Shown in pieces: positions 1 through 8,334 of a stretch of DNA of 32,000 nucleotides. The translations under genes and the position numbers were made by a program. The stretch comes from Vibrio alginolyticus NBRC 15630 = ATCC 17749 (GTDB taxonomy: Bacteria; Pseudomonadota; Gammaproteobacteria; Enterobacterales; Vibrionaceae): assembly GCF_000354175.2 (NCBI RefSeq), contig NC_022359.1, forward strand, positions 930,001 through 962,000, given 5' to 3'. The stretch's first letter is position 1. Every line of letters begins with the position of its first letter. The notes beneath the pieces are model-generated. The model ran no database searches, was not told the DNA's origin, and saw only the letters and a program-made list of their open reading frames with translations.

Positions 1-323
1 AAAGTTTTCTCACAAGAACCGCTAAGTGGTGGAGATATTTTTAAATTATCATTAAAGATTTCTACAACGACGGGGCCTTTATTTTCATCTTTTGCATAGT
101 ATGCACAGGACTTGTCCCCAGTATAGGTTTTACCTGCCTTTTTGAAACTGTAATACCAGGAGTCATGGGTAGCGGCACCGGATTCAAAACTAGCAGATTC
201 AGATTGTTCGCCAATATTCAAGTCGAAATGAACCTCCATTTCCGGAGAGTCTTTAAATCTCACATATCCGGTGATTTTATCGTTGGAGTTATTTTTAACG
301 TAAAATGAACCCTTAGTTGTCAT
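1..323 (-). CDS. hypothetical small protein; 3' end runs off the left edge (107 codons visible)
   Basis: Absent from the supplied track because it is open at the window edge. ATG at 323-321 with GAGG (rc of 331-334) 7 nt upstream. Hand translation MTTKGSFYVKNNSNDKITGYVRFKDSPEMEVHFDLNIGEQSES...PPLSGSCEKT has no stop down to nt 3. It lies 87 nt downstream of the oxidase gene, on the same strand. No family recognised. Confidence 0.55.
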   Translation of the reverse strand, partial: MTTKGSFYVKNNSNDKITGYVRFKDSPEMEVHFDLNIGEQSESASFESGAATHDSWYYSFKKAGKTYTGDKSCAYYAKDENKGPVVVEIFNDNLKISPPLSGSCEKT

Positions 324-410
324 AATTTTTCCTCTTTTTTAATTTCTATACGTGATAGAACGGCCAAATGACGTTCTGTTAATATATGCTTTTTAAGATG
401 CATATTGATG

Positions 411-2114
411 TTAAATGATGGTCTTATTAGTTCTAAGGTGATTAAACTTATCCTTAGCGTATTTTTCTTTTATACCGATTAAGTCGCGGTAGCTTCGATC
501 AAAATAAACGCTTGTCGGAATTGCCGGATCTTTAAAGCTGATGAAGGCACCATAGGTTCCCGGTATATCAGCTTCTCTGGCTTTATCAATCCAGTCCATG
601 GCTCTGTTTACATCAACAAGTACTGGGTTATTTTGTAGTTCTAGTTTTTGCTTTATCTCTTCATTCCACCAGGTTTGGTATTGGACTGTATATTGACACT
701 GGCGGTAGGGGAAAGATATGTCTTCAAGGTCGTCTGAGTGATGATAAAAACCGCCAGTGATCGCCCCTAAGGTTACGTAACTAAATAGCCCTTGATCGCG
801 GTTTTCTGGCTTTATCAAAGGTGAAGTTAAGCTTTGCAAAAGTGCAGTATAGCCTTCTGGTTTAAGACCTCGCTCTGACACCAATCGCGAAGTGATTTTG
901 TGAGGTGCTGGGGCGTCATAATCGGGAGGGAAAGGAGAACCGTTTTGACACAAAGAATCGCGCCCCCATGTGCTCATCAGGGAGTGATCGTATTTCTTCC
1001 CGTCAAAGTCAGTGCCATGTGCTTCATAGACTTGAACTAAATCAGGGAAGCAAGCGCCAAATTGAACGGCTATAAATTGGTGAAGATCTTGTTCTGTTCC
1101 TTCCCAGTAGCCATACATGGTGCAGTGATGGCTGATGGTTTCAATATCACAGTGGTTAGATGATTCAGGCAGAGCATCAATTTGCAAGTTGGTGCCAAGA
1201 AGTTTAGGCGTATCGAGGCTTTTTATAGCCTGCTCCCAATTTTTTAGCACATCTATGGTAGGGTGCGTTGGTATTGGCTGAAGCATACCGTTGATTTTTG
1301 GATAGAGGTTCCACTGAAGCTCGAAGCGGTGGATCTCTTTGGGTAAAGGGAATGTTTTTACGCGTAGCTCGGTAACAATGCCATAGCTCATGCCTCCGCC
1401 GCCTCTTAGTGCCCAAAATAGGTGAGGGTTGGACTCTGCTGAGACTTCTGTGATCGTACCATCACCCAATACCACGGTTGCACTCACTAGGTGCTCACAA
1501 CACATGCCGTATTTTCGCGTCCAAGGGCCCCATCCTCCGCCTTGAATATAGCCAGTCAACCCAACTGTGGCACAGGTTCCATGTGCAATCATTCGATCAT
1601 GCTCTGCAAGTTTTGGTGTCAGTTGATAGAAGCGATAGCCAGCACCAATGGTGGCAATATTGTCACACAATTGGAAGGTCTTAATTCTGCTCACGTCAAT
1701 CAAAATGACGTTGTCACCACTGCATTCACCTGCGTGATCATGCCCTCCTGAGCGAACACGAATCGGGAGATTGAATTGAGTTGCTGTTAGATAGGCTTGC
1801 TGAACTTCTTGCGTACTTTCGCACATGACAATGACAAAGGGTTGGTGTTGATAGCGAGTATTGAAGATGAGTGACTCGACTTGATATTGGTTCAAACCGG
1901 GAACCGGTGAAACCGTGTTTTCAAGAGGTGTCAGTAATCGTTCTTTAGGAAAACCGCACTTATCCATTTTCTGAATAAACAGTTTGGCATTATTGCCTGA
2001 GATTGAGTACGCGCTAAGTACAGCGAGGCGTTGTATTTGAGGGTTAGGGTGCTGTTCTACCACTTGGTTTTCTTTAGTTCCCTGCATCCATTCATGTTCC
2101 ATTATTTTTTCCAT
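411..2114 (-). CDS. FAD-linked oxidase of the berberine-bridge-enzyme (BBE)/vanillyl-alcohol-oxidase type, probably cytoplasmic
   Basis: 567-aa ORF. FAD_binding_4-type motif RVRSGGHDHAGECSG (His at the covalent-FAD position). Second motif AHGTCATVGLTGYIQGGGWG (Cys at the position used for 6-S-cysteinyl FAD in bicovalent BBE/GOOX enzymes). C-terminal BBE-like tail YRDLIGIKEKYAKDKFNHLRTN. No N-terminal signal peptide. Start uncertain (Met1 or Met5; weak SD for both). Confidence 0.85.
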   Translation of the reverse strand: MEKIMEHEWMQGTKENQVVEQHPNPQIQRLAVLSAYSISGNNAKLFIQKMDKCGFPKERLLTPLENTVSPVPGLNQYQVESLIFNTRYQHQPFVIVMCESTQEVQQAYLTATQFNLPIRVRSGGHDHAGECSGDNVILIDVSRIKTFQLCDNIATIGAGYRFYQLTPKLAEHDRMIAHGTCATVGLTGYIQGGGWGPWTRKYGMCCEHLVSATVVLGDGTITEVSAESNPHLFWALRGGGGMSYGIVTELRVKTFPLPKEIHRFELQWNLYPKINGMLQPIPTHPTIDVLKNWEQAIKSLDTPKLLGTNLQIDALPESSNHCDIETISHHCTMYGYWEGTEQDLHQFIAVQFGACFPDLVQVYEAHGTDFDGKKYDHSLMSTWGRDSLCQNGSPFPPDYDAPAPHKITSRLVSERGLKPEGYTALLQSLTSPLIKPENRDQGLFSYVTLGAITGGFYHHSDDLEDISFPYRQCQYTVQYQTWWNEEIKQKLELQNNPVLVDVNRAMDWIDKAREADIPGTYGAFISFKDPAIPTSVYFDRSYRDLIGIKEKYAKDKFNHLRTNKTII

Positions 2115-2385
2115 TTGGCTTATGTATTGAATAGTTGTTCAAATATTAAACCAAATGCATACATTCACCATATCAGTTTGGTATCAGTTGTTCTGTACAA
2201 ATCGCCAAAAGCATCAGCGAGAGAGCAACAATATCTGGTTGATGAAAAGAACGATCGGCATCTGCGTGACCGTGGATAATTTATGTAGTCAAGTAGATCT
2301 GAGCCTAAATTGATACTGAACCAGAATGACGTGTTATCTACATTGAATGGGTCACTAACGACAATAAATTCAGTTGGAGAACACA

Positions 2386-2859
2386 ATGAAAATGGACTCA
2401 AAAGAATCACAAGCAATTTTTACTGCTCATTATCAAATTGGTAACGGCTTACCTGGAGGAGTGAGCTTCGATGTTAATCTACTCGTGGCCAGCGAAGACA
2501 AATCAATAGTGGGTAAAGGACATATCTTTCAGGCCGTTAACCCACCGTTAAATGTGGTGTCTGATCTCAATGGTAGTTTCAACTATCAATGCACGATGCG
2601 TGATTGTCATATCATGGTGACGTTGCAGGGCTACCAGCCTTATCTAGGCATTGCTCCTTTAGGAGCTGATCTTCATAACGTAACGCTCAACCTCCTACTT
2701 AATGATGATTGGAAGTCAGGCGTGGCATTCTATCGATATAAAAATAGTTCAGGTAAATGGATTGAAGCAGCAAATCAACGCGTTACTCTACTTTTGCCTG
2801 AGCATGTTCCTAGCATCGAGAACTTTAAGGTGGAGCAAAATGATCTTGCGCCAGCATAA
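2386..2859 (+). CDS. hypothetical protein (~157 aa)
   Basis: The track ORF begins at a TTG (2374). ATG 2386 is better placed, with GGAG at 2376-2379 6 nt upstream. The frame is uninterrupted and the composition is globular (MKMDSKESQAIFTAHYQIGNGLPGG...). No motif I can assign. Ends 27 nt before a strong hairpin. Confidence 0.6.
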   Translation: MKMDSKESQAIFTAHYQIGNGLPGGVSFDVNLLVASEDKSIVGKGHIFQAVNPPLNVVSDLNGSFNYQCTMRDCHIMVTLQGYQPYLGIAPLGADLHNVTLNLLLNDDWKSGVAFYRYKNSSGKWIEAANQRVTLLLPEHVPSIENFKVEQNDLAPA

Positions 2860-2885
2860 ATCTCATCAGCGATGACACTGTGCCA

Positions 2886-2922
2886 AAACACAGATATTCG
2901 ATGGTTTCGAATATCTGTGTTT
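2886..2922. terminator. bidirectional hairpin between convergent genes
   Basis: Perfect 16-bp inverted repeat AAACACAGATATTCGA (2886-2901) / TCGAATATCTGTGTTT (2907-2922) with a 5-nt loop. The right arm ends in TTT, and the left arm is preceded by AAAA (a T-run on the other strand). It sits between the stop at 2859 (+) and the stop at 2994 (-). Confidence 0.65.
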
Positions 2923-2993
2923 GACGAGGTAAATCGAGTAAACACGATGACTTGACGGTGCAATTAATCGACTTTCTTCGTTTATTGAATATT

Positions 2994-5900
2994 TCATGGT
3001 TGAGTAGATGTGGAGAGCCAATGGTCGAGCTCATCAACACTTATTTGAGCCTGATTCAGTTGATGCTTACGCGCGGCCTGATTGAAGTTTAACAACTCAG
3101 AGACGGAGCTGGACTGGTCGAGTAAGGCAAGCATCAGATTCGCTTGTTCAATATAAAAATCACCCCATGGATGCGGATCTTCTTGGGTGAAGTTAGACAG
3201 CTTATCGCGATATTTTCGAAGTAGCGTAGGCTGCTTATACTGCCACGCTACTTGGATTCCTTGTTGGTAAAAGCGTAAATAGTTATGACCAACACAGGTA
3301 GATTCTAGCCAAGCCTCACCAGTGCGCAAAGCGGAGAGGGCCGTTGATTCATCGCCACAAATAAGTGCCTTGGTAGATACGAGCCAAGGACCAATAAAAT
3401 TGTGTAGCTTATTGATATGAACAAGATCTAGAGCCGTGTCGATGTCCGAAAGGGCTTTCTCCTCTTTTCCCTGATACCAGTGCAATCTTGCACTGGACTC
3501 CAAAAGAAAAGCGACAAATCGATGAGCATTAAGCTGTTTTGAAAGTTGTAGAGCGGTCGAGATTTCGTTTTCAGCTTGCACCAAGACATTACGGTCGAGA
3601 AAGATCCATGCAGCCGTAAGCCTAGAAACAATTTCTGCTCGGCGGTTTGCCGTGAGATAGGCAAGATTCGAGGCATGCTGAGCCTGTTTTAGTGCTTCGT
3701 CAGATTGCAGTTGATAGATCATCACTGTTGCCAGCATGTAGCGATTGGCAGTTTCAATCGAAAGCAACTGATGCTCTTCACACAGTTGCAAACACTCGGT
3801 TAAGTGCTCGTATGAGCGAGCCATTTTTCCTTGTGCGTAGGCACAATCACCGAGGCCGCCAAGCGATTTTGCTTTCGCGCGAAAACAGTTTGCTCGTTGA
3901 CTGTAATCTAATGCAAGTAAATGTTCTTTCTCACATTCGTCTAGCTGCCCAGTGGGGAACAGCATATTACCTCTCATCGAGTGAATTTCACACAAAGATT
4001 TATTTAACGTCAGCTTTTCGCACAGGGCTTGGGCTTGGTCTAAAATCGACATCGCTTGTACAAAGTTGTCGGTTAAACGGTAGGGGTTAATGAGGTCTAA
4101 ATAGTATTGAACACGTTCAGAATCATTTTCTGTGTGATGAATCGCTTGCTCAAGAACCTCAATACTCTCTTTGATGCGTCCCATCGAATACAGGCAGTTT
4201 CCTTTCATATTTAGTGCATACGCCATCTGTGCTTTAGGTGACTCTTTAATAGCGTATTCAATAAGAGTCAGTGCTTTTTCAAATTGATAATTGCTCAGGT
4301 AATGTTTGGCGGTCTGGTCAAGAACAGTAAATACACCTTCGCCCTTGGCATGATTGATATGGACTGCATATAAGAACCGATCTCGGTTCTCATACCATTT
4401 TGCGCAGGCCATGTGTATTTTTGAACACTGTGACTTGTCTATTTGACGGAAAACAGCATTACAAATCAAATCATGATGGAAAAGGTATTGATCGCCATTG
4501 AGTTTTACTAAGCCAGCGTCGACTAACTTATCTGGTACGTAGCCGGGAATTCGAGTGATTTCACGCAGTTGCTCCAGTTGAAAGTACTGCCCCAACACAG
4601 ATGCAGTACAGAGTGCTTGGCGATCTTGGGCTGGAAGTTGAGCTAATTGTATCGAAACTAAATGTTCCAATGACTCCGGAACGTCTTTATCAAACTGAGA
4701 ACAAAGTAGTGTTTGGCGTAAGTATAGAGGATGGCCTTTCGCAAGCTTTATACAGTCATTGATATGTTTATTCTGTTGGCATGTGATTGAGCAAGCTAAC
4801 TCGTAAGACTCTTCAGATGATAACTCCCTAAGTTCGATTAGATTCACGTTGGCAAACCAAGATTGTTTGGAACTAAGTCGTTTTTGCTGCCTAAACGTCA
4901 GAAAGAGTAAAATATTGGTGTTTGTAATATAAGGTAGCAGTGTCTCAAGAAATGCCAACATTACCTCGTCGGCCCAATGGACATCTTCAACAATAATCAA
5001 ATGCGGTTTGCTGGTCTGCCGTTGTTGAATTAAGAAAGGGATAGATTGCTCTATCGTTTGTTTCAGCGTTTGGAACTCCATTAAGTTCAGCAGCTGTTTT
5101 TCTGATTCGTTGAGTGTTACCCCCATTAACCAATAAAGGCAGAGGTGGAAAGAGGAGGGAATTGATGACTCGACAGTCTGCTGACGAATAGAATCATCGG
5201 TATCTTCACGAGTAAATGAACAAATTGCCCGAGTGAATATATTTTGAGGGGACAAGAGATCAGCACTGCCATGATTCAGGATTTGAATCTCTGTGGTTAA
5301 ACACGAAGAACGACTCAAAGACGAAATGACCTGGTTGAGTAGGCTGGTCTTTCCTATCCCTGCGGTACCAGTAATACAATACGTTTGGCCTGCTTCTTGT
5401 TTTTGCCATCGCTTGATTCCGCTATTCAATGTTTCTAGTTCAAGTTTACGCCCTACGAAACAGTCAGTATGGTTTTGGTGTAAGGATACAAAATGCCAGT
5501 TGTTGAAGTCTGGCTCTCCTGTTAGAAAAGGTTTTATTGGTCTGGCACAATTGGACGAGATAAAGCAAGGACAAGCAGCTATTTCTCCCCAAGGGATTTT
5601 AACTAGGATTTCATTGATTGGGGTTATCGCATTCGGATGTTCCGATAGCTCAGTGATTCGATGCATGTATTTCACATTGATAAAAGACCGAATCGAAGCC
5701 GAAAGAGCAACCTTTAATTGAAGGGCTAGTTGTCGAATTCGCTCAAAAATATATTCGTCCGATTCCTGTAAAGACCAAGTAAGAACAAACGTTCGGTTTT
5801 GTATTATGGGTGTAGTGTTTTGGCTGAGAAGTAAGGTTTGCAGAGCCTTTGCGGTCAAATCACACTTTGCTTCGATTGCAAAAATAAAAAAATATGGTGG

Positions 5901-6167
5901 TGATGAAGATACATTTGTAAATAATGGTTCTGAGGCCCGATCTATTAAAAGGTCCTCTACGGGGACAGAAAAGTATTCCGCGAGATTGGATGCGGTACGA
6001 TACAGCACATTCGCCCCAGACTCTGCTCGCTTTATAGAAGCAATAGATACGACAAAACCCTGTTGAAAGCATTCTTCCGCCAGTTTTTCTTGGCTCAGTC
6101 CTAATTTCTTTCTCAGTTCTTTGAGTCGTAATACGTTGAGTGGAATTCTTCCATCCCTATTTGCCAT
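2994..6167 (-). CDS. large transcriptional regulator: N-terminal XRE-type HTH + AAA_16/STAND-type NTPase + C-terminal TPR array
   Basis: 1057-aa ORF. aa 12-70 are an XRE-type HTH (LRLKELRKKLGLSQEKLAEEC...SIASIKRAESG). FVGRKLELETL lead-in, Walker A ITGTAGIGKTSL (nt 5346-5369 on the minus strand) and Walker-B-like LIIVEDVHWAD are typical of AAA_16/STAND ATPases. The last ~450 aa are TPR-like helical repeats. aa ~85-235 are unassigned. Confidence 0.85.
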   Translation of the reverse strand: MANRDGRIPLNVLRLKELRKKLGLSQEKLAEECFQQGFVVSIASIKRAESGANVLYRTASNLAEYFSVPVEDLLIDRASEPLFTNVSSSPPYFFIFAIEAKCDLTAKALQTLLLSQNTTPIIQNRTFVLTWSLQESDEYIFERIRQLALQLKVALSASIRSFINVKYMHRITELSEHPNAITPINEILVKIPWGEIAACPCFISSNCARPIKPFLTGEPDFNNWHFVSLHQNHTDCFVGRKLELETLNSGIKRWQKQEAGQTYCITGTAGIGKTSLLNQVISSLSRSSCLTTEIQILNHGSADLLSPQNIFTRAICSFTREDTDDSIRQQTVESSIPSSFHLCLYWLMGVTLNESEKQLLNLMEFQTLKQTIEQSIPFLIQQRQTSKPHLIIVEDVHWADEVMLAFLETLLPYITNTNILLFLTFRQQKRLSSKQSWFANVNLIELRELSSEESYELACSITCQQNKHINDCIKLAKGHPLYLRQTLLCSQFDKDVPESLEHLVSIQLAQLPAQDRQALCTASVLGQYFQLEQLREITRIPGYVPDKLVDAGLVKLNGDQYLFHHDLICNAVFRQIDKSQCSKIHMACAKWYENRDRFLYAVHINHAKGEGVFTVLDQTAKHYLSNYQFEKALTLIEYAIKESPKAQMAYALNMKGNCLYSMGRIKESIEVLEQAIHHTENDSERVQYYLDLINPYRLTDNFVQAMSILDQAQALCEKLTLNKSLCEIHSMRGNMLFPTGQLDECEKEHLLALDYSQRANCFRAKAKSLGGLGDCAYAQGKMARSYEHLTECLQLCEEHQLLSIETANRYMLATVMIYQLQSDEALKQAQHASNLAYLTANRRAEIVSRLTAAWIFLDRNVLVQAENEISTALQLSKQLNAHRFVAFLLESSARLHWYQGKEEKALSDIDTALDLVHINKLHNFIGPWLVSTKALICGDESTALSALRTGEAWLESTCVGHNYLRFYQQGIQVAWQYKQPTLLRKYRDKLSNFTQEDPHPWGDFYIEQANLMLALLDQSSSVSELLNFNQAARKHQLNQAQISVDELDHWLSTSTQP

Positions 6168-6420
6168 ATTTCACTCCGTTGTAACGTATAGCTTTTCCCA
6201 GTAAACCTGAATCGATTGGATATGTTGAGTGAATAAATTTATCTTATTTCACTACATATATAATACTAGTAGTTAAAATGTTATATACGAAAATGAAATG
6301 GGCATTTTAATCTTCAAACCACCTTAATTCATTGTTATATTAGTGGTGTTTTTTTATTAATAATTTTGATATTTATTTTTGTGAGTTCATGTTTTTCTTA
6401 ATAAGTTTTTTGAAATATCT

Positions 6421-6485
6421 TTAAACTTATATCTTTTAAAAGATTGCACACCTTAAACTTATATTGGACTTCATTAAACTTTAAA
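6421..6485. promoter_or_regulatory. three TTAAACTT-type direct repeats in the AT-rich divergent control region (candidate operator)
   Basis: TTAAACTTATAT at 6421-6432 and again at 6453-6464; TTAAACTTTAAA at 6474-6485. Start-to-start spacing is 32 and 21 bp (about 3 and 2 helical turns). They lie between the regulator start (6167, minus) and the operon start (7036, plus). The background is very AT-rich, so a chance match is possible. Confidence 0.3.
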
Positions 6486-6661
6486 AATTAAATTCTTTAA
6501 TTTTAGAGATATAAATTGACAATCTTATTTTTAGTGTTTTTTTTGATCTCTATTCTGGCTAACTGATTTTTTCTAGTCTATAAATCAAATATCGGCAATT
6601 TCAAAATAACTGCCGAAAAAATTATTTTAATTTCAATATTATAAATAGTTGGCTTTATACT

Positions 6662-6949
6662 ATGGATATTGGCTTTTTCTGCCTGTTAAAAGGCTTTCAT
6701 ATTACACCACACTTGAGTGCCGCGCTTACCTCTATTAAGGAGACTGCGTGGCTGCCATATGTAAAACGATCTTGCCATCGAGGGGATTGGCAAGCGCTTG
6801 CTTTAGAAGAATCACATCGAAAGGCCTATTACCCTAACTATTTACTACTCTCTGAATTTACAGGATTAGAACTGTTTTTATCTCAATTTTTCTGCCCAAT
6901 TTTGTCAGTACGGTTTATGAAGTTAGAGCCGGGAGCTGAGATATTGTAA
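6662..6949 (+). pseudogene. possible 5' fragment of an aspartyl/asparaginyl beta-hydroxylase-like (cupin) gene, ending just before the metal-binding motif
   Basis: The 95-aa ORF reads ...GDWQALALEESHRKAYYPNYLLLSEFTGLE...ILSVRFMKLEPGAEIL*. This follows the family pattern W-x-x-f-x-L ... P-x-T-x-x-L-L ... a-f-S-x-L-x-P-G-x-x-I-x-x-H, but stops immediately before the expected His. No continuation is evident in any frame before the next gene at 7036. Confidence 0.3.
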
Positions 6950-7035
6950 CGTGGACCTCTGGCATATGTTTTTCTCAAGTACAGGTGTGTTACATCATTA
7001 ACTACTGCTACAGCGGCAAGTGAGGTTCATGAATT

Positions 7036-8334
7036 ATGCAAAAAGGCTCATCTATAGAATTCTACCAGCAACGTCCTCAATCTCGTGAGACGGTCGGTGT
7101 TGAAGAAGTGCAGCAACAAACTCAACAGTTTGGTTTTGCTGAACCCGAAATGGATGAGCTGCTTAAGTACTCATTACGGACTCAACTTGAGGCTATGCTC
7201 CAAAACCAACTCAGCACGGCTGAACGCCAACGGCAACTGAAAGAGAGTTTCGCTGCGGCAGTTGAGCTCGTATTGAAGGAGACGAAAGTTGAGCACCGAA
7301 CACTGGTGCAAGCCTTTCAGAGCATGTATGGCAACGCTTGCCAATCTCTTTCTCTGGCTAAACTCACTCAAGAGGAACTGACTCGACAGTACATTTCCAC
7401 GTCTGGGCTGGTGATGTCCCCACTTAACTGTAAACACACCATCAAAGATGTGTACCGAATTAAAGGCTTTGCGTGTGGTATAAACAAAGCTATCCAACAT
7501 ATGCTTGCCAACAAGTCACAGGTTAAAGTGCTTTATCCAGCTTGCGGCCCCTTTGCACCATTGCTGCTGCCTTTACTTGCTCACTACAAACAAAGTGATC
7601 GAATTAGCGCAGAGCAGCTTCAGGTGACACTAGTAGATATTCACCCCGGAGCCATTAAAGCACTCAATCAATTGATCGCGGATCTCGATATCGCAGACTA
7701 CATTGAAGCCTTAGTGGAAGAAGATGCTACCCAATTTTCGCCAACTCAAACGTTTGATCTCCTGATACTTGAAGCGATGCAGCATGGCTTTAGTCGGGAA
7801 GGGTTCCTCAGCATCGCGAAACATTTGGTTCAATATTTACATATTCAAGGCGAAATGATCCCCAATCAGGTATCTGTGCGCGCCATGATGGTCATCGGGG
7901 AGACGGAATTTAATCAACAATGGGAAAAAGCAGAGTATGCACATTCCAACCATTGCCAGCCGGAAGCGATCGATGATCGAATTGATCTGGGAGAAATTCT
8001 TAACGTCAATAAAGCCATGTTGCTCAGAAGCGAGATTTTTGAGCTAGATGGTGGAATAAAAATGCTGCAAGGCAACACCATTGAGCTGCCGAAAGATGTG
8101 CCAGATATGGCAAAACGTATCCTCGCCATTTACAGCCATATCGATACTTACGGAGATGCGATGGTCGGACAATACGACTCTGGTATTACCCATCCTAAAC
8201 CCGACATGACTTTTTATGTGGATGCCAAGCCCAAAGCCGTTGAACACCATTACTTTGAAGCGAAGGGAGGCGATAAGGTCTGTTTCTATTATCAGTTAAC
8301 CGGATTGCCAGGTTTTGTCGCCACCCATGGATGA
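7036..8334 (+). CDS. class I SAM-dependent methyltransferase-like protein with PRMT-like features
   Basis: 432-aa ORF with GAGG at 7021-7024 upstream. Rossmann core VKVLYPACGPFAPLLLPLL (7525-7560), acidic beta-2 end VTLVDIHPGA, and FDLLILEAMQHGFSREG (E246-x8-E255, nt 7771-7800). Followed by LHIQGEMIPNQVSV and a ~170-aa C-terminal domain. The N-terminal ~130 aa are Gln/Glu-rich and helical. Confidence 0.6.
   Translation: MQKGSSIEFYQQRPQSRETVGVEEVQQQTQQFGFAEPEMDELLKYSLRTQLEAMLQNQLSTAERQRQLKESFAAAVELVLKETKVEHRTLVQAFQSMYGNACQSLSLAKLTQEELTRQYISTSGLVMSPLNCKHTIKDVYRIKGFACGINKAIQHMLANKSQVKVLYPACGPFAPLLLPLLAHYKQSDRISAEQLQVTLVDIHPGAIKALNQLIADLDIADYIEALVEEDATQFSPTQTFDLLILEAMQHGFSREGFLSIAKHLVQYLHIQGEMIPNQVSVRAMMVIGETEFNQQWEKAEYAHSNHCQPEAIDDRIDLGEILNVNKAMLLRSEIFELDGGIKMLQGNTIELPKDVPDMAKRILAIYSHIDTYGDAMVGQYDSGITHPKPDMTFYVDAKPKAVEHHYFEAKGGDKVCFYYQLTGLPGFVATHG

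Noticed and set aside
1204-1751. Short ORFs (1204..1416 minus, 1478..1684 plus, 1491..1751 plus) inside the oxidase gene
   Set aside because: They are out-of-frame or antisense overlaps of a motif-supported 567-aa gene, and their compositions are Arg/His/Cys-rich and implausible. The same reasoning applies to the ORFs inside the STAND gene (3428..3676, 3692..4090, 5293..5721, 5806..6066, 5860..6072). It also applies to those inside the MTase/Fmt genes (7174..7500, 7914..8416, 8471..9015).
2031-2416. ORFs 2031..2279 (+) and 2165..2416 (-) in the oxidase/hypothetical divergent region
   Set aside because: They overlap the oxidase 5' end or the start of the 2386 gene, lack an RBS, and have low-complexity hydrophobic or Ser-rich products. 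They are most likely spurious.
2994-6167. STAND NTPase as an Avs-like antiphage sensor
   Set aside because: Avs-type defence proteins carry an N-terminal effector such as a nuclease, protease or TIR/SIR2 domain. Here the N-terminus is a DNA-binding XRE HTH, and the gene is positioned as a divergent regulator of an operon. No other defence genes are adjacent. A transcription-factor role is more parsimonious, though the unassigned aa 85-235 leave some doubt.
6319-6355. Hairpin plus T-run (ACACCTTAAT...ATTAGTGGTGT TTTTTT) in the AT-rich spacer, with a 10-codon ORF (MLYTKMKWAF, from 6278) upstream; possible attenuator or sRNA terminator
   Set aside because: The stem has only 3 G:C pairs, needs a bulge, and has a 10-nt loop. 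The context is ~80% AT, where T-runs and weak stems are expected by chance, and there is no convincing promoter upstream.
6960-6975. Sigma-54-like promoter TGGCAT-N5-TTTCT upstream of the MTase gene
   Set aside because: The -24 GG is present, but the -12 element is TTTC rather than TTGC. The adjacent regulator has no sigma-54 activator (AAA+ GAFTGA) domain.
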